Positions 27,336 through 36,337 of a DNA stretch of 64,000 nt are shown piece by piece. The stretch is from an uncultured Thermoanaerobaculia bacterium. Its GTDB lineage: Bacteria; Acidobacteriota; Thermoanaerobaculia; Multivoradales; SZUA-115. Under the pieces are notes generated by a model. The model ran no database searches. It was not told the origin of the DNA and worked only from the letters and a program-made list of their open reading frames with translations. The stretch is from assembly GCA_964420075.1 (NCBI GenBank), contig CAYQRE010000001.1:133675-197674 (forward strand), in the 5' to 3' direction. The position numbers and the translations under genes were made by a program. Positions within the stretch are counted from its first letter, which is position 1; each line of letters opens with the position of its first letter.

Positions 27336-29111
27336 ATGCCCGCGCCGATCGCGGGCCAGGAGGAGTTGATGTCGACGCCCGTCCATCGTGCCGCTGCGCT
27401 CGCCGGCCCCGCCCGCTGCCGCCGCTGGGCGGCCGCGCTCATGCTCGTCGCCCTCGCCCCGGTGCCGCTCAGCGGCGCCACGTACAGCGTGGGGAGCGGC
27501 GCCGGTTGCACCCATGCCAACCTCGCCGCGGCGCTCGCCGCCGCGGATGCCAACCCGGGCGACGACACCATCCGCCTGCTCAGCAACAGCAGCCACCAGG
27601 GCCCCTTCCAGATCAGCACCCCGTTGGTCCTCGAGGGTGGCTACGCGACCTGCACGGCCACCACGCCCACCGGCAGCAGCACCCTCCTCGGTGCCACCGG
27701 CCAACGGGTGCTGACGATCTTCAACACCTCGACCAACCTCGTCGAGCTGCGGCGGCTGCTGCTCGTCGGCGGCAGCGTGACGGCCGACGGCGGCGGCGTC
27801 TACGTCCTCGGCACCGGCAGCGTGGTGCTGCGTGCCAGCACGGTGACGGGCAACCAATCGCAGGCCCGCGGCGGCGGCCTCTTCGTCCTCGGCACCGAGG
27901 GCACGTTCCTGCAACTGCTCGAGGGGACGACGGTGGCGAGCAACTCGGCGCAGAGCGGCGGCGGCCTCGGCTGCCTCGGCGCCGCCGAGATCACCATCGA
28001 TGCCACCTCGGCCGTCGCCAACAACAGCGTGACCGGCGACGGCGGCGGCGCCTATCTCACCAGCGCCTGCCGGTTGATCTCGTCCTCCGGCGGCTTCCTG
28101 GCCGGCATCGCCGGCAACCTGGCGAACGGCCGGGGTGGTGGCATCTACGCGGACAGCGGCTCGTCGGTCACCCTGCGGGCGAGCGACCGCGGCCTCGCCG
28201 ACCTCGGTGGCAACCAGGCAGGGGACGGCGGCGGCGTCTACGTCAGCGGCCTCGGTACCGCCTTCCGATCCTACGGCGGCTCACTCTCGAACAACACGGC
28301 CGGCGGGGCCGGCGGGGCCCTGTACGCGGCCGACAGTGCCACTGCCTACGTGACCACCGGCAACCCCGCCCTGGGCAACTGCCTGCAAGGGAACCTCTGC
28401 TCCCTCGTCGCCGGCAACCACGCGACCAACGCCGCCGCGATCCACGTCCGGGCCGCCGACGCCCTCGTCTTCGGCACCTACGTCCGCAACAACGTCGCCG
28501 GGCAGTCGGCCAGTGTGGGCATCCTGGCGCAAGGGGGAAGCCTCGCCTTCGACTCCTCGCTGCTCATCGCCAACCAGGGCCTCGAGGTGCTCGCCGTCGA
28601 CGGCGCCGGGAGCCAGCTGACGCTCGCCAATGTCACCCTGGCAGACAACCCCGGCAACGGCCAGGGCGTGATCGGCGCCGGCAGCGGCAACATGGTGGTG
28701 CGGGTCCTGTCGAGCGTCGTCTCGCAGGGCGGCGCCCTCTTCGCCCGCTACCCCTCCGGCTTCGCACCGCAGGTCGACTGCCTGCTCGCCGCCCAGGCCG
28801 CTCTGGTCGCCAGCCTGCCGCCGGCGGCCGTCGAGCGCGCCGTCCAGGTTGGCGACCCGCGCTTCGTCCACCCGGCGTCGGGCAACTACCACCTCGGCCT
28901 GGGCTCGCCGGCGATCGATGCCTGCGACGAGAGCCAGTACTCGAACCTCGGCCTGGATTTCGAGCTCGAAGCGCGGACCTACGACGACCCCGACGCACCC
29001 GAGCAGATGCCGAACGGCTGGCGCGACCTCGGGGCCGACGAGGTACAGCCGCTGTTTGCCGACGGCTTCGAGTCCGGCACGACGAGCGCCTGGACGCTCA
29101 CCGTGCCGTAG
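27336..29111 (+). CDS. Secreted right-handed beta-helix repeat protein with choice-of-anchor-Q-like N-terminal region (alt. start ATG 27369)
   Basis: Signal peptide, ATYSVGSGAGCTHANLAAALAAADANPGDDTIRL N-terminal signature, many G-G-G/NxxG beta-helix rungs, C-terminal tail ...LFADGFESGTTSAWTLTVP shared with the 45067..47346 protein. Confidence 0.6.
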   Translation: MPAPIAGQEELMSTPVHRAAALAGPARCRRWAAALMLVALAPVPLSGATYSVGSGAGCTHANLAAALAAADANPGDDTIRLLSNSSHQGPFQISTPLVLEGGYATCTATTPTGSSTLLGATGQRVLTIFNTSTNLVELRRLLLVGGSVTADGGGVYVLGTGSVVLRASTVTGNQSQARGGGLFVLGTEGTFLQLLEGTTVASNSAQSGGGLGCLGAAEITIDATSAVANNSVTGDGGGAYLTSACRLISSSGGFLAGIAGNLANGRGGGIYADSGSSVTLRASDRGLADLGGNQAGDGGGVYVSGLGTAFRSYGGSLSNNTAGGAGGALYAADSATAYVTTGNPALGNCLQGNLCSLVAGNHATNAAAIHVRAADALVFGTYVRNNVAGQSASVGILAQGGSLAFDSSLLIANQGLEVLAVDGAGSQLTLANVTLADNPGNGQGVIGAGSGNMVVRVLSSVVSQGGALFARYPSGFAPQVDCLLAAQAALVASLPPAAVERAVQVGDPRFVHPASGNYHLGLGSPAIDACDESQYSNLGLDFELEARTYDDPDAPEQMPNGWRDLGADEVQPLFADGFESGTTSAWTLTVP

Positions 29112-29135
29112 CAGCGCCGGATAGACTGGCGGCCC

Positions 29136-29876
29136 ATGAGACCTTCGTGCCGCCGGTCCGCCCTCGCTGCGCTCGCCCTCGCTGCCGCCTTGCAGGCCGG
29201 TGCCGGCCCCGATCCCTACGCCGGCTCCCGGGCCTCGATGGTCGAGGCGGTGAAGGTGGACACCGCCTTCCACGGCGGCTTCGTGGGCCGCGACGAGCTG
29301 TCGCCGCGGCTGCTCGCGGCCCTCGGCAGCGTGCCGCGCCACGAGTTCGTGCCGGCGGCCGAGGTCGAGACCGCCTACGAGAACCGGGCGATCCAGCTCG
29401 GCGGTGGCCGCAGCCTGCCGGCGCCCTACGTGACGGCGATCCTCGCCGACCTGCTCGACATCGGCGGCAATGCCCGGGTGCTGGAGGTCGGCACGGGCTG
29501 CGGCTACGAGGCGGCGCTGCTCTCCTCGCTCGCCGCGCGCGTGCTCACCCTCGACCCTGACCCAAACGTCGTCGCCGCCGCCCGCAAGCGCCTCGCCCGC
29601 CTGGGCTACAGCAACGTGACGGTGCGCCAGGGCGACCTCGAGACCGGCTGGCAGGAGGAGGGCATCCTCTTCGACGCCATCCTGGTCAGCAACGCCGTCG
29701 ACGCCATCCCCCAGCTGCTGCTCACCCAGCTACGGCCGGGGGGCAACCTCGTGGTACCCGTCCACGGCGAGGGTGGCAAGCCCTACCTCACCGTGGTGCA
29801 CAAGAACGACAAGGGAAGGCTCAAGCCCAAGCCGCGGCCCTTGCTGCAGATCGCCGTCGACCCCCTGCCCCGCTGA
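29136..29876 (+). CDS. pcm: Protein-L-isoaspartate O-methyltransferase (secreted/periplasmic form with signal peptide)
   Basis: VLEVGTGCGYEAALLS SAM motif and overall PIMT architecture; TAGACT -10-like element 8 nt upstream of ATG. Confidence 0.8.
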   Translation: MRPSCRRSALAALALAAALQAGAGPDPYAGSRASMVEAVKVDTAFHGGFVGRDELSPRLLAALGSVPRHEFVPAAEVETAYENRAIQLGGGRSLPAPYVTAILADLLDIGGNARVLEVGTGCGYEAALLSSLAARVLTLDPDPNVVAAARKRLARLGYSNVTVRQGDLETGWQEEGILFDAILVSNAVDAIPQLLLTQLRPGGNLVVPVHGEGGKPYLTVVHKNDKGRLKPKPRPLLQIAVDPLPR

Positions 29877-29978
29877 GCGCCGGCACGCCGCCGGGCCGCG
29901 GGCTGCTAGGCTAGCGTCCGCACTCGTGCAAGACCCAAAGAACGGCGCCGGCTTGGCGGGCGAGGAGGACGCCGGAGG

Positions 29979-30575
29979 GTGGAGCTCACGGTGGTCGATA
30001 GGCTGCGGCACGTGATCGCCGGCGATCGCGAGGCGGCCGCCTGGCTCTACGACTGTTTTGCGACGAGCCTCTTCCAGCGCCTCGGCCGCCGCTACGGCTA
30101 CCTGACGCTCGAGGAGCGCGAGGACGTCCTGCAGGACACCTTCGTCCACGCCCTCCGCCACGACGGCCGCCTGCTCGCCTCGTTTCTCGAGCGCGCGGCC
30201 GGGACCGCGCCCGAGCCCGGCGACCTCGAGCGCTTCCTCTGGGATCAGGCCTGCGGTCTGGTCGCCAACCGACGCCGCTCCCGCCTGGCCCGCCGCTGGG
30301 TGCCGCTCGGCGACGAGGACGAGGCCGAACCCGACCCGGTGTCGGCCGAGCAGCGGCTGATCGACCGCGATTCCCTGCGCAAGCTGGATCACTGTCTACG
30401 CGACCGGGGCCAGCGCGTCTATCTCTACTTTCAGTTGCGCTATGCCGACGGCCTCGCGCCGGAGGAGATCGTCGCCGCCACGGGCTGGTCCCGCAAGGCG
30501 ACCTACAAGCTGAGGCAGGCCCTCAACCGCGCCGTCGACGCCTGCCTGGCGCTGCTGCGACGGCTCCCCGGCTGA
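29979..30575 (+). CDS. RNA polymerase sigma-70 factor, ECF subfamily
   Basis: GTG start with GGAGG RBS; region 2 (DVLQDTFVHALRH) and region 4 HTH (RVYLYFQLRYADGLAPEEIVAATGWSRKATYKLRQAL). Confidence 0.7.
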   Translation: MELTVVDRLRHVIAGDREAAAWLYDCFATSLFQRLGRRYGYLTLEEREDVLQDTFVHALRHDGRLLASFLERAAGTAPEPGDLERFLWDQACGLVANRRRSRLARRWVPLGDEDEAEPDPVSAEQRLIDRDSLRKLDHCLRDRGQRVYLYFQLRYADGLAPEEIVAATGWSRKATYKLRQALNRAVDACLALLRRLPG

Positions 30576-30579
30576 CGGC

Positions 30580-33477
30580 ATGGGGAGCGCGGGGGCAGGG
30601 CCGGCCCGGGCCGGCCGTCGCGGGCTCGGCGGGGCGCCGGGGGTGGTCGCGCTGGTGGCCGCTGCCCTCGCCGCGGTGGTCGCAGGCGGCCGGGCGAGCG
30701 AGCGGGCACCGGCCGGGCTCGCGGTGACGGTGCGCGGCCACGGTGAGGTGGCCCTCGACGGCGTCGACCTTCCGCCGGTCCCTCGCTTCCTCGGCCGTTC
30801 GCCACGGCCGGGCCTCTGCGTGGCAGCGCCTCCCCGCCTCGACACCAGCCTCTGGCAGGCCGAGCTCTGGCTGAGCGGGCCCGGGCGGGCCGACTCGTAC
30901 CGCCAGCGGGTGAGCCAGCCCGAGCGCCTCGCCTCGACGCTCTGTTTCGACGCCAGCTTCGCGGACCAGACGACGCCGGGCCGGGCCTTGCTCTGCGGCG
31001 AGGTCACCGACGCCTACGACGGCGGCCGCTTTTCCCTCGGCTGCCAGCCGGTCGAGCTCGGCGGCCCGACGGCGTCGCTCACCCGCCTGCAGGCCACGAC
31101 GGCGGACCTCCTCAACGGCTTCACGGACGAGGCCTATGCCGCCTGGTCTCGGCGCCTCACGGCCCTCGCCCAGCGCGCGGCTGCCGAGGGCCTGCCGCTG
31201 TTTTCAGCCCAGCTCCGGCTGATCGCCGTCCACCAAGGCCTGCTTACCGGCAAGCCGGCCGACCTCGCCGAGGGCGCCCGGCAGCTCGCCGCGATCCCTT
31301 CCTGGGTGAAGCAGCCGGCCGCCAGCGCGGTCGCCGCCCAGGTCGCCTACCACCGGGCGCTCCTCGCCCAGGCCCAGGACAGCGACCTCGAAGGAGCCTG
31401 GTTCGAGCTCGAGGGGGCCTACGACCTCTACCGGCGGACGGCCGACCCCTTCTGGATCACCGTGCCGATGAAGCAGGCCGAGATCCTCGCCGCAGTGGGT
31501 GACGGCCTCGAGGCCGCCGAGAGGCTCGCAGCCGCCCTCGGCGAGTGCGCCCAGGCCGGCTGCGATCCCCAGCTGCAATCCGCTGCCGAGCAGGAGCTGG
31601 GCTGGATCGAGCTCTTGGAGCCCGACGCCGGGCCGCCGGAGCTCGCCGCCAGTCGCCGCCACCTGGAACAGGCCCTCGGCCTGAGCAGCGTCGCGGCCGA
31701 TCGCCTCGAGGCGCTCAACGTGCGGCTGAGCCTCGCCTATCTGACCCTGCGCCAGGGGGGCGACCCGCAGGCCGAGCTGGGGACCATCGAGAGCGGCCTC
31801 GCCGCGCTCCCGGCGAGTGGCCGCGGCAGGCTGCTGCGGGCCTGGGCCGAGCTTCTCGGTGGCATCGCAGCCTCCGCCCAGGGCCGACCGCGAGCGGCCC
31901 TCGCCACCTGCGCGCCGCTCGCCGACAACCCGGTCCCACGCCTCGCCGCCTGGGCGGCGAGCTGCGCCGCCGAGGCCGAACGGCGGCGCGGCGACCTCGA
32001 CCGTGCCGCCGGCTGGTTCGACCGTGCCCTCGACCTGCACGCGCGCCAGGGGCTCGACAACCTCGGCCAGCGCCTGCCCCTGGGGCAAGGGCAGGTGACG
32101 GACGACTTCCTCGCCGCGGCCCGCCTCGCCGTCGAGCGCGGCGAGCCGGCGAAGGCCTGGGCCCTGCTCGACCGCCTCGACGCCTTCGCCTCGCGACGGC
32201 CGGCAGCGCGCCCCTGCGGCCCCCGACCCGCCGCCGAGCGCCAGCTCGACGCCAGCCTGGAAGCCGATCTCGAGGCCCTCGACAGGCCGGCCGCGGGCGT
32301 TCGGCGAGGCCAGATCGAGCCCCTGCGGCGGGCCCTGCGCGAGCGCCTGCAAGACCGCCTGCGCCGGCGTCAGCCCTGCGGCGAAGGCGGCGCGGCGGCA
32401 CCGGCCGGCCTCGCCGCTCCGTCGCGAGCCGACCTGCGGGCCTTCGCCCTCGCCGACGAAGTGATCGTGCTGTGGCGCCATGCCGACGCAACGGTGGAGC
32501 TGGTGCGCCGCACGGCGCTCTCGCGGCGGACGCTGCGCCAGGCCCTCGCCGAACTCGAGACGGCCGCCGAGAAGGGCGAGGCCACCAGCTGGCGCCGGCT
32601 GGCGGCGCCGCTCGGCGCCGCCCTGGCCCCCCCGGCGGAGGCTGCTGGCGAACCTCGTCATGGCTGGCTCTATGCCCTCCACGGCCTGCTGCAGCGCGTG
32701 CCGTTGTTCGCCCTGCCGATGCCGGACGAGCCAGGCGCCACGCCGCAGCCGCGCTGGCTCATCGCGCGGGCTGCCCTCGCTCTCGAGCCCACGGCACCGG
32801 CCCTGGGACCGACGGCGCGCGAGCGCGCGAGCCAGCCCCTCTTCGTGGTCGATCCGCGTCGCGACCTGCCCGCCGGCCGGGCCCTCCTCGCCGACTACCG
32901 GCGGCTGTTTCCCCAGGCCGATGTCCTGGCCGGCGGCGAGGCCCGCCGCGCCGCCGTGCTCGCTCGCCTCGCCGCCGCGAGCCTCTTCCACCTCGACGCC
33001 CACGGCAGCTATCTCGGCGCCTTCCCCGACCTCTCGCGCCTCGAGCTCGCGGACGGCGGCCTCTCCCTCGGCCAGTTGCGCGAGCTGGCCCCAGCCCCCT
33101 GGCTGGTCAACCTCTCGTCGTGCCGCTCCGGGGCTTGGCCGGCCACGGCGGACCGCGGCCACTACGGCATCGCGGGCCTCTTCGCCGCCAACGGCAGCTC
33201 CTGGGTGGTGGCGAGCCGCGGCGACCTCGACGACCGGATGGCCGGCGAGTTCAACCGCGAGCTCTACACCGCCCTGACCGCGGGCAGCCCCCCAGCCGTG
33301 GCGTTCCAGAAGGCCCTGCTCCAAGTCGCCCAGCGCTATCCACCGGCGGACTGGGGCGGCATGCTGCTGCTCCATCGGCCGGCCTCCCCGCCAGAGGGGG
33401 AGGTCGAGCCCGCTCGCGACTCCCAGGCAGACAGAGAAGACGGTCTCGGCCCCGGCCGCGACCGCCAAGGAGAGTGA
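30580..33477 (+). CDS. CHAT-domain (caspase-like) protease with long N-terminal TPR-like helical region
   Basis: 965 aa; C-terminal CHAT signature with His (SLFHLDAHGSY) and Cys (WLVNLSSCRSG) dyad; starts 4 nt after ECF sigma stop. Confidence 0.7.
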   Translation: MGSAGAGPARAGRRGLGGAPGVVALVAAALAAVVAGGRASERAPAGLAVTVRGHGEVALDGVDLPPVPRFLGRSPRPGLCVAAPPRLDTSLWQAELWLSGPGRADSYRQRVSQPERLASTLCFDASFADQTTPGRALLCGEVTDAYDGGRFSLGCQPVELGGPTASLTRLQATTADLLNGFTDEAYAAWSRRLTALAQRAAAEGLPLFSAQLRLIAVHQGLLTGKPADLAEGARQLAAIPSWVKQPAASAVAAQVAYHRALLAQAQDSDLEGAWFELEGAYDLYRRTADPFWITVPMKQAEILAAVGDGLEAAERLAAALGECAQAGCDPQLQSAAEQELGWIELLEPDAGPPELAASRRHLEQALGLSSVAADRLEALNVRLSLAYLTLRQGGDPQAELGTIESGLAALPASGRGRLLRAWAELLGGIAASAQGRPRAALATCAPLADNPVPRLAAWAASCAAEAERRRGDLDRAAGWFDRALDLHARQGLDNLGQRLPLGQGQVTDDFLAAARLAVERGEPAKAWALLDRLDAFASRRPAARPCGPRPAAERQLDASLEADLEALDRPAAGVRRGQIEPLRRALRERLQDRLRRRQPCGEGGAAAPAGLAAPSRADLRAFALADEVIVLWRHADATVELVRRTALSRRTLRQALAELETAAEKGEATSWRRLAAPLGAALAPPAEAAGEPRHGWLYALHGLLQRVPLFALPMPDEPGATPQPRWLIARAALALEPTAPALGPTARERASQPLFVVDPRRDLPAGRALLADYRRLFPQADVLAGGEARRAAVLARLAAASLFHLDAHGSYLGAFPDLSRLELADGGLSLGQLRELAPAPWLVNLSSCRSGAWPATADRGHYGIAGLFAANGSSWVVASRGDLDDRMAGEFNRELYTALTAGSPPAVAFQKALLQVAQRYPPADWGGMLLLHRPASPPEGEVEPARDSQADREDGLGPGRDRQGE

Positions 33478-33482
33478 GGACC

Positions 33483-34406
33483 GTGGACCGACCCGGCAAC
33501 GACGCTGCGCCGATCTCCCGCGAGACGTGGCTGCGAGCCCTTGCCCTGGCGGCGTACGGCGCGCACGACCACGGTGTCGACGCGGCCGGGCCCGACCTCG
33601 GTGACGGCCCGCGCCGCGAGGAGCTCGCCGCCTACCGCCGTGGTGAGCTCGGGGCGGCCGCGCGCAACCGCATCGAGGCACAGCTGGTCGCCAGCCGGTC
33701 AGCGCGCCAGCTGCTCGTCGCGCTGGCCACCAGCGAGGCAGCCGCTCCCTCGCCGCGGGTCCGGCGGGCGGTCCTCGCCGCGGCGGCCGGCCAGTCGCCG
33801 GCAGCCCCGCGGCGGGTTGGCCTCCGGGCCCTCCGCGGCCTGGCGCTCGCCGCCTCGCTGGTCTTGGCGGTGGCGAGCGGCTGGTGGTGGCTGAGCCACC
33901 TGCAGGGCCACGGCCCCCTGCCGGACTTCACCGTCGAGGCGCACGGCATCGCCACCCACCGCGGTGGCAGCGAGGGCGCGGTGGACGGCGCCGGGGAGCC
34001 GGCCCTGGTGCGGCCCGAGACCGAGCTGGAGATCTTCGCCAGCGCCGAGCGTGCCGTCCGTGGGGTCGAGGGTGGGCTCTACGTGCTGCGTGGCGGCGGC
34101 CTCGAACGCCTGCCTCCGGGGCCGCGCCTCCGGGTCGAAGAAGAGCGCGGGGCCCTGCAGCTCACCGCCCGCGCGGCCGACCTCCTGGGCGCCGAGCTGC
34201 AGCCCGGCGAGCATCACGTCTGGCTCGCGCTTGGCTGGCAAGGCACCCTGCCGGCGAGGGTCGAGCTCGCTCCCGGGGAGGACCCGGCCACGGCCCTCCG
34301 GGCCCCGGACCGTCGCGTCGTACCCGTCCGGCTGCGGCTGCTGGCCGCGCCGCCGATGGGCGAGAACCCGGGGCCAGCAGGCCCCGCTGCCGAGGAGGAA
34401 CCGTGA
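33483..34406 (+). CDS. Putative anti-sigma factor (single-pass membrane protein)
   Basis: GTG start 5 nt after CHAT stop; N-terminal ...RREELAAYRRGELGAAARNRIEAQL... anti-sigma-domain-like motif, one TM helix (LRGLALAASLVLAVASGWWWL), periplasmic C-terminus. Upstream part of track ORF 31545.. is artefact. Confidence 0.5.
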   Translation: MDRPGNDAAPISRETWLRALALAAYGAHDHGVDAAGPDLGDGPRREELAAYRRGELGAAARNRIEAQLVASRSARQLLVALATSEAAAPSPRVRRAVLAAAAGQSPAAPRRVGLRALRGLALAASLVLAVASGWWWLSHLQGHGPLPDFTVEAHGIATHRGGSEGAVDGAGEPALVRPETELEIFASAERAVRGVEGGLYVLRGGGLERLPPGPRLRVEEERGALQLTARAADLLGAELQPGEHHVWLALGWQGTLPARVELAPGEDPATALRAPDRRVVPVRLRLLAAPPMGENPGPAGPAAEEEP

Positions 34407-36163
34407 GCTTCGAGCCTCTGCAACGCTGCCGCCGCCACACCCGCTCCCTTGGGCTGGCGATCACCGTTCTTACCGCCTGGCTCGCCGCCTCCTCGGCCGC
34501 CGCCAAGGAGGTCCGCTGGTACCTCGACACCACGGGCCGCGACCCACAATGGCCGGGCAGCTTTGCCGCCGCCTGCGGCCGCCTCGGCACCTACCACTTC
34601 GCCATCGACACCGGCGGCCCGGCGCCCTGGCCGGGCGCCGCCGAGGGCAAGCTCAACGGCCAGGAGGAGCCACCGGGGTACGCTCGCCCCACCGCCACCG
34701 GCGAGCTGCCGGAGCCGGCCGCCGCCTTCGCCTGGCTGCCCGCTGCCGAGCGGCCGATCTGCCTCGGCGACGGCGGCCGCTGCGACGGCAGCCGGCCCTG
34801 GCTCGCCGTCCTCGACTGGGGCAATGAGCACGGCCGCAGCGTCGGTCGGCTGGCCTGGGAGATCGCTAACCCCCCGGAGGCGGCGGCCGCGGTCGACGTG
34901 CTGCTCTTTCCCCTCGACCGTACCCGCCGCGAGCTCGCCATCTACTCGCAGCGCGGTGCCACCGACTTCCACGTCCTCAACCGCCTCTGTCAGCTGGCGG
35001 CGGCGGTGGACGCCAAGCGCCTGCCACCGCCCCTCGCCCTCAACCTGAGCTTCGGCCGCGCCGCCCTGCCGGGCGATCCAGCTGAGAGCGGCGGCTGTCC
35101 GGGCCAGAGCCTCGGCTGCCAGATCCACCAGGTGCTGGCCCACCTCGCCGCCCGGCCGGCCGACGGCGGCGCCGGTGTGATGGTGGTGGCGGCGGCCGGC
35201 AACCACCGCCGGCTGCTCTTCCCGGCGAGCCTGCCGCAGGTGGTGGCGACGGGGATGCTCGACAGCACCGCTCTCGGCGCCAGCGCCGGCGTGGTCCCGG
35301 CCTGGGAAACACCGAGCAGCCGCAGCAAGGCCGCCTGGTCCCTGATGCCAGGGGCTGGTCTCTGCCTGCCGCAGGGCGTCGATGGTCAGGGCAGCGAGCC
35401 CGAGCCCCTGCCAGCCGGCTCGTCCTACGCCGCCAGCCTGTTGACCGGCTGGCTCGCCGGCCCCCTGCTGGCCCGCGAGCCGCTCGAGCCCGGCTCCTAC
35501 TTCTGGCCCGAGCTGCGCTGGCAGGGCAGCCGGCCGACGGCCGTGCTGGTCGCTGGCTCGGCCCGCCTGGAGAGCATGAACAGCCGGGTCAACGACCAGC
35601 TGGCGGCCGTCTTCGCGGGATGCGGCTGGCAGCCAGCCGGGGCCCTCGAAAGCAACGAGGGGCGGCTCGCCACGGGTCTGTTGGGTGCCATCCTCGACCC
35701 CACGAGCCGGCTGCCGAGCCCCGTCGACCTCGCCGCGGCACCGAGCGAAGGCCCCACCCAGCCGACCCCGGACTCGAACCCGTGCGTGCCCTGTGTGAGC
35801 GTGCTCAAGCCGCCGCCGAACGGCCTCCTCGCCCGCCTCGGCACCGGCACTGGGACGAGCGACGGCCAGCCGCCGGCCGCCGGCACCACCCTGGAGGTCG
35901 CGGCCTGGGCCTCCCGCCCCTTCGGCGCGGGAGTTCGCGTGCTCGGCCTTTATCTGCGCAGCGGCAACCGCTTCCAACCACTCGCCCTGACGGCGAGTGA
36001 GCTCGACGCCCTCACCGAGGGCAACGTCAAGCGACTGGAGATCCAGCTCGACGCCCTCGCCGCAGCACCGAGCGGCCAGCTGTCCCTGGTCTACCTGCTG
36101 CGCTCGAGCGATCGCCGGGCCGAGAAGTTCTGGACCTCGGTGCCGATCCTGCCCCTGCCGTAG
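34403..36163 (+). CDS. S8-family subtilisin-like serine peptidase
   Basis: GTG start with GAGGAGG RBS, overlapping anti-sigma stop; catalytic triad blocks HFAIDTGG (Asp), WGNEHGRSVG (His), GSSYAASLLTG (Ser), plus VVAAAGNH. Confidence 0.65.
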   Translation: MSFEPLQRCRRHTRSLGLAITVLTAWLAASSAAAKEVRWYLDTTGRDPQWPGSFAAACGRLGTYHFAIDTGGPAPWPGAAEGKLNGQEEPPGYARPTATGELPEPAAAFAWLPAAERPICLGDGGRCDGSRPWLAVLDWGNEHGRSVGRLAWEIANPPEAAAAVDVLLFPLDRTRRELAIYSQRGATDFHVLNRLCQLAAAVDAKRLPPPLALNLSFGRAALPGDPAESGGCPGQSLGCQIHQVLAHLAARPADGGAGVMVVAAAGNHRRLLFPASLPQVVATGMLDSTALGASAGVVPAWETPSSRSKAAWSLMPGAGLCLPQGVDGQGSEPEPLPAGSSYAASLLTGWLAGPLLAREPLEPGSYFWPELRWQGSRPTAVLVAGSARLESMNSRVNDQLAAVFAGCGWQPAGALESNEGRLATGLLGAILDPTSRLPSPVDLAAAPSEGPTQPTPDSNPCVPCVSVLKPPPNGLLARLGTGTGTSDGQPPAAGTTLEVAAWASRPFGAGVRVLGLYLRSGNRFQPLALTASELDALTEGNVKRLEIQLDALAAAPSGQLSLVYLLRSSDRRAEKFWTSVPILPLP

Positions 36164-36170
36164 GCTCGCT

Positions 36171-36207
36171 GCCCGCCCGGTTCGCCTGCCCGGTTCGCCT
36201 GCCCGCC
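36171..36207. repeat. Tandem direct repeat (GCCCGGTTCGCCT x2 plus partial flanks) in the intergenic region upstream of the macA-like gene
   Basis: Perfect 13-bp copies at 36175-36187 and 36188-36200 flanked by partial gcccgcc copies. Confidence 0.5.
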
Positions 36208-36337
36208 GCACCCGCCCCGGCCGTCCGCAAGGCGCGCCGGGGCTTTTGATAACCTTCCGGGGCTTCGCCCGTATCTTCCCCGCGAACGGCCCTCCAGGAT
36301 CATCCGACCCTAGGCGACTTCTCAGAGGCACACTGCG

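Noticed and set aside
31204-33681. 825-aa minus-strand ORF antisense to the CHAT gene, and Arg-rich plus ORFs 31545..33482, 31715..32491
   Set aside because: Arg/Gly/Pro-rich artefacts; the in-frame portion after GTG 33483 is kept as the anti-sigma factor, the rest discarded.
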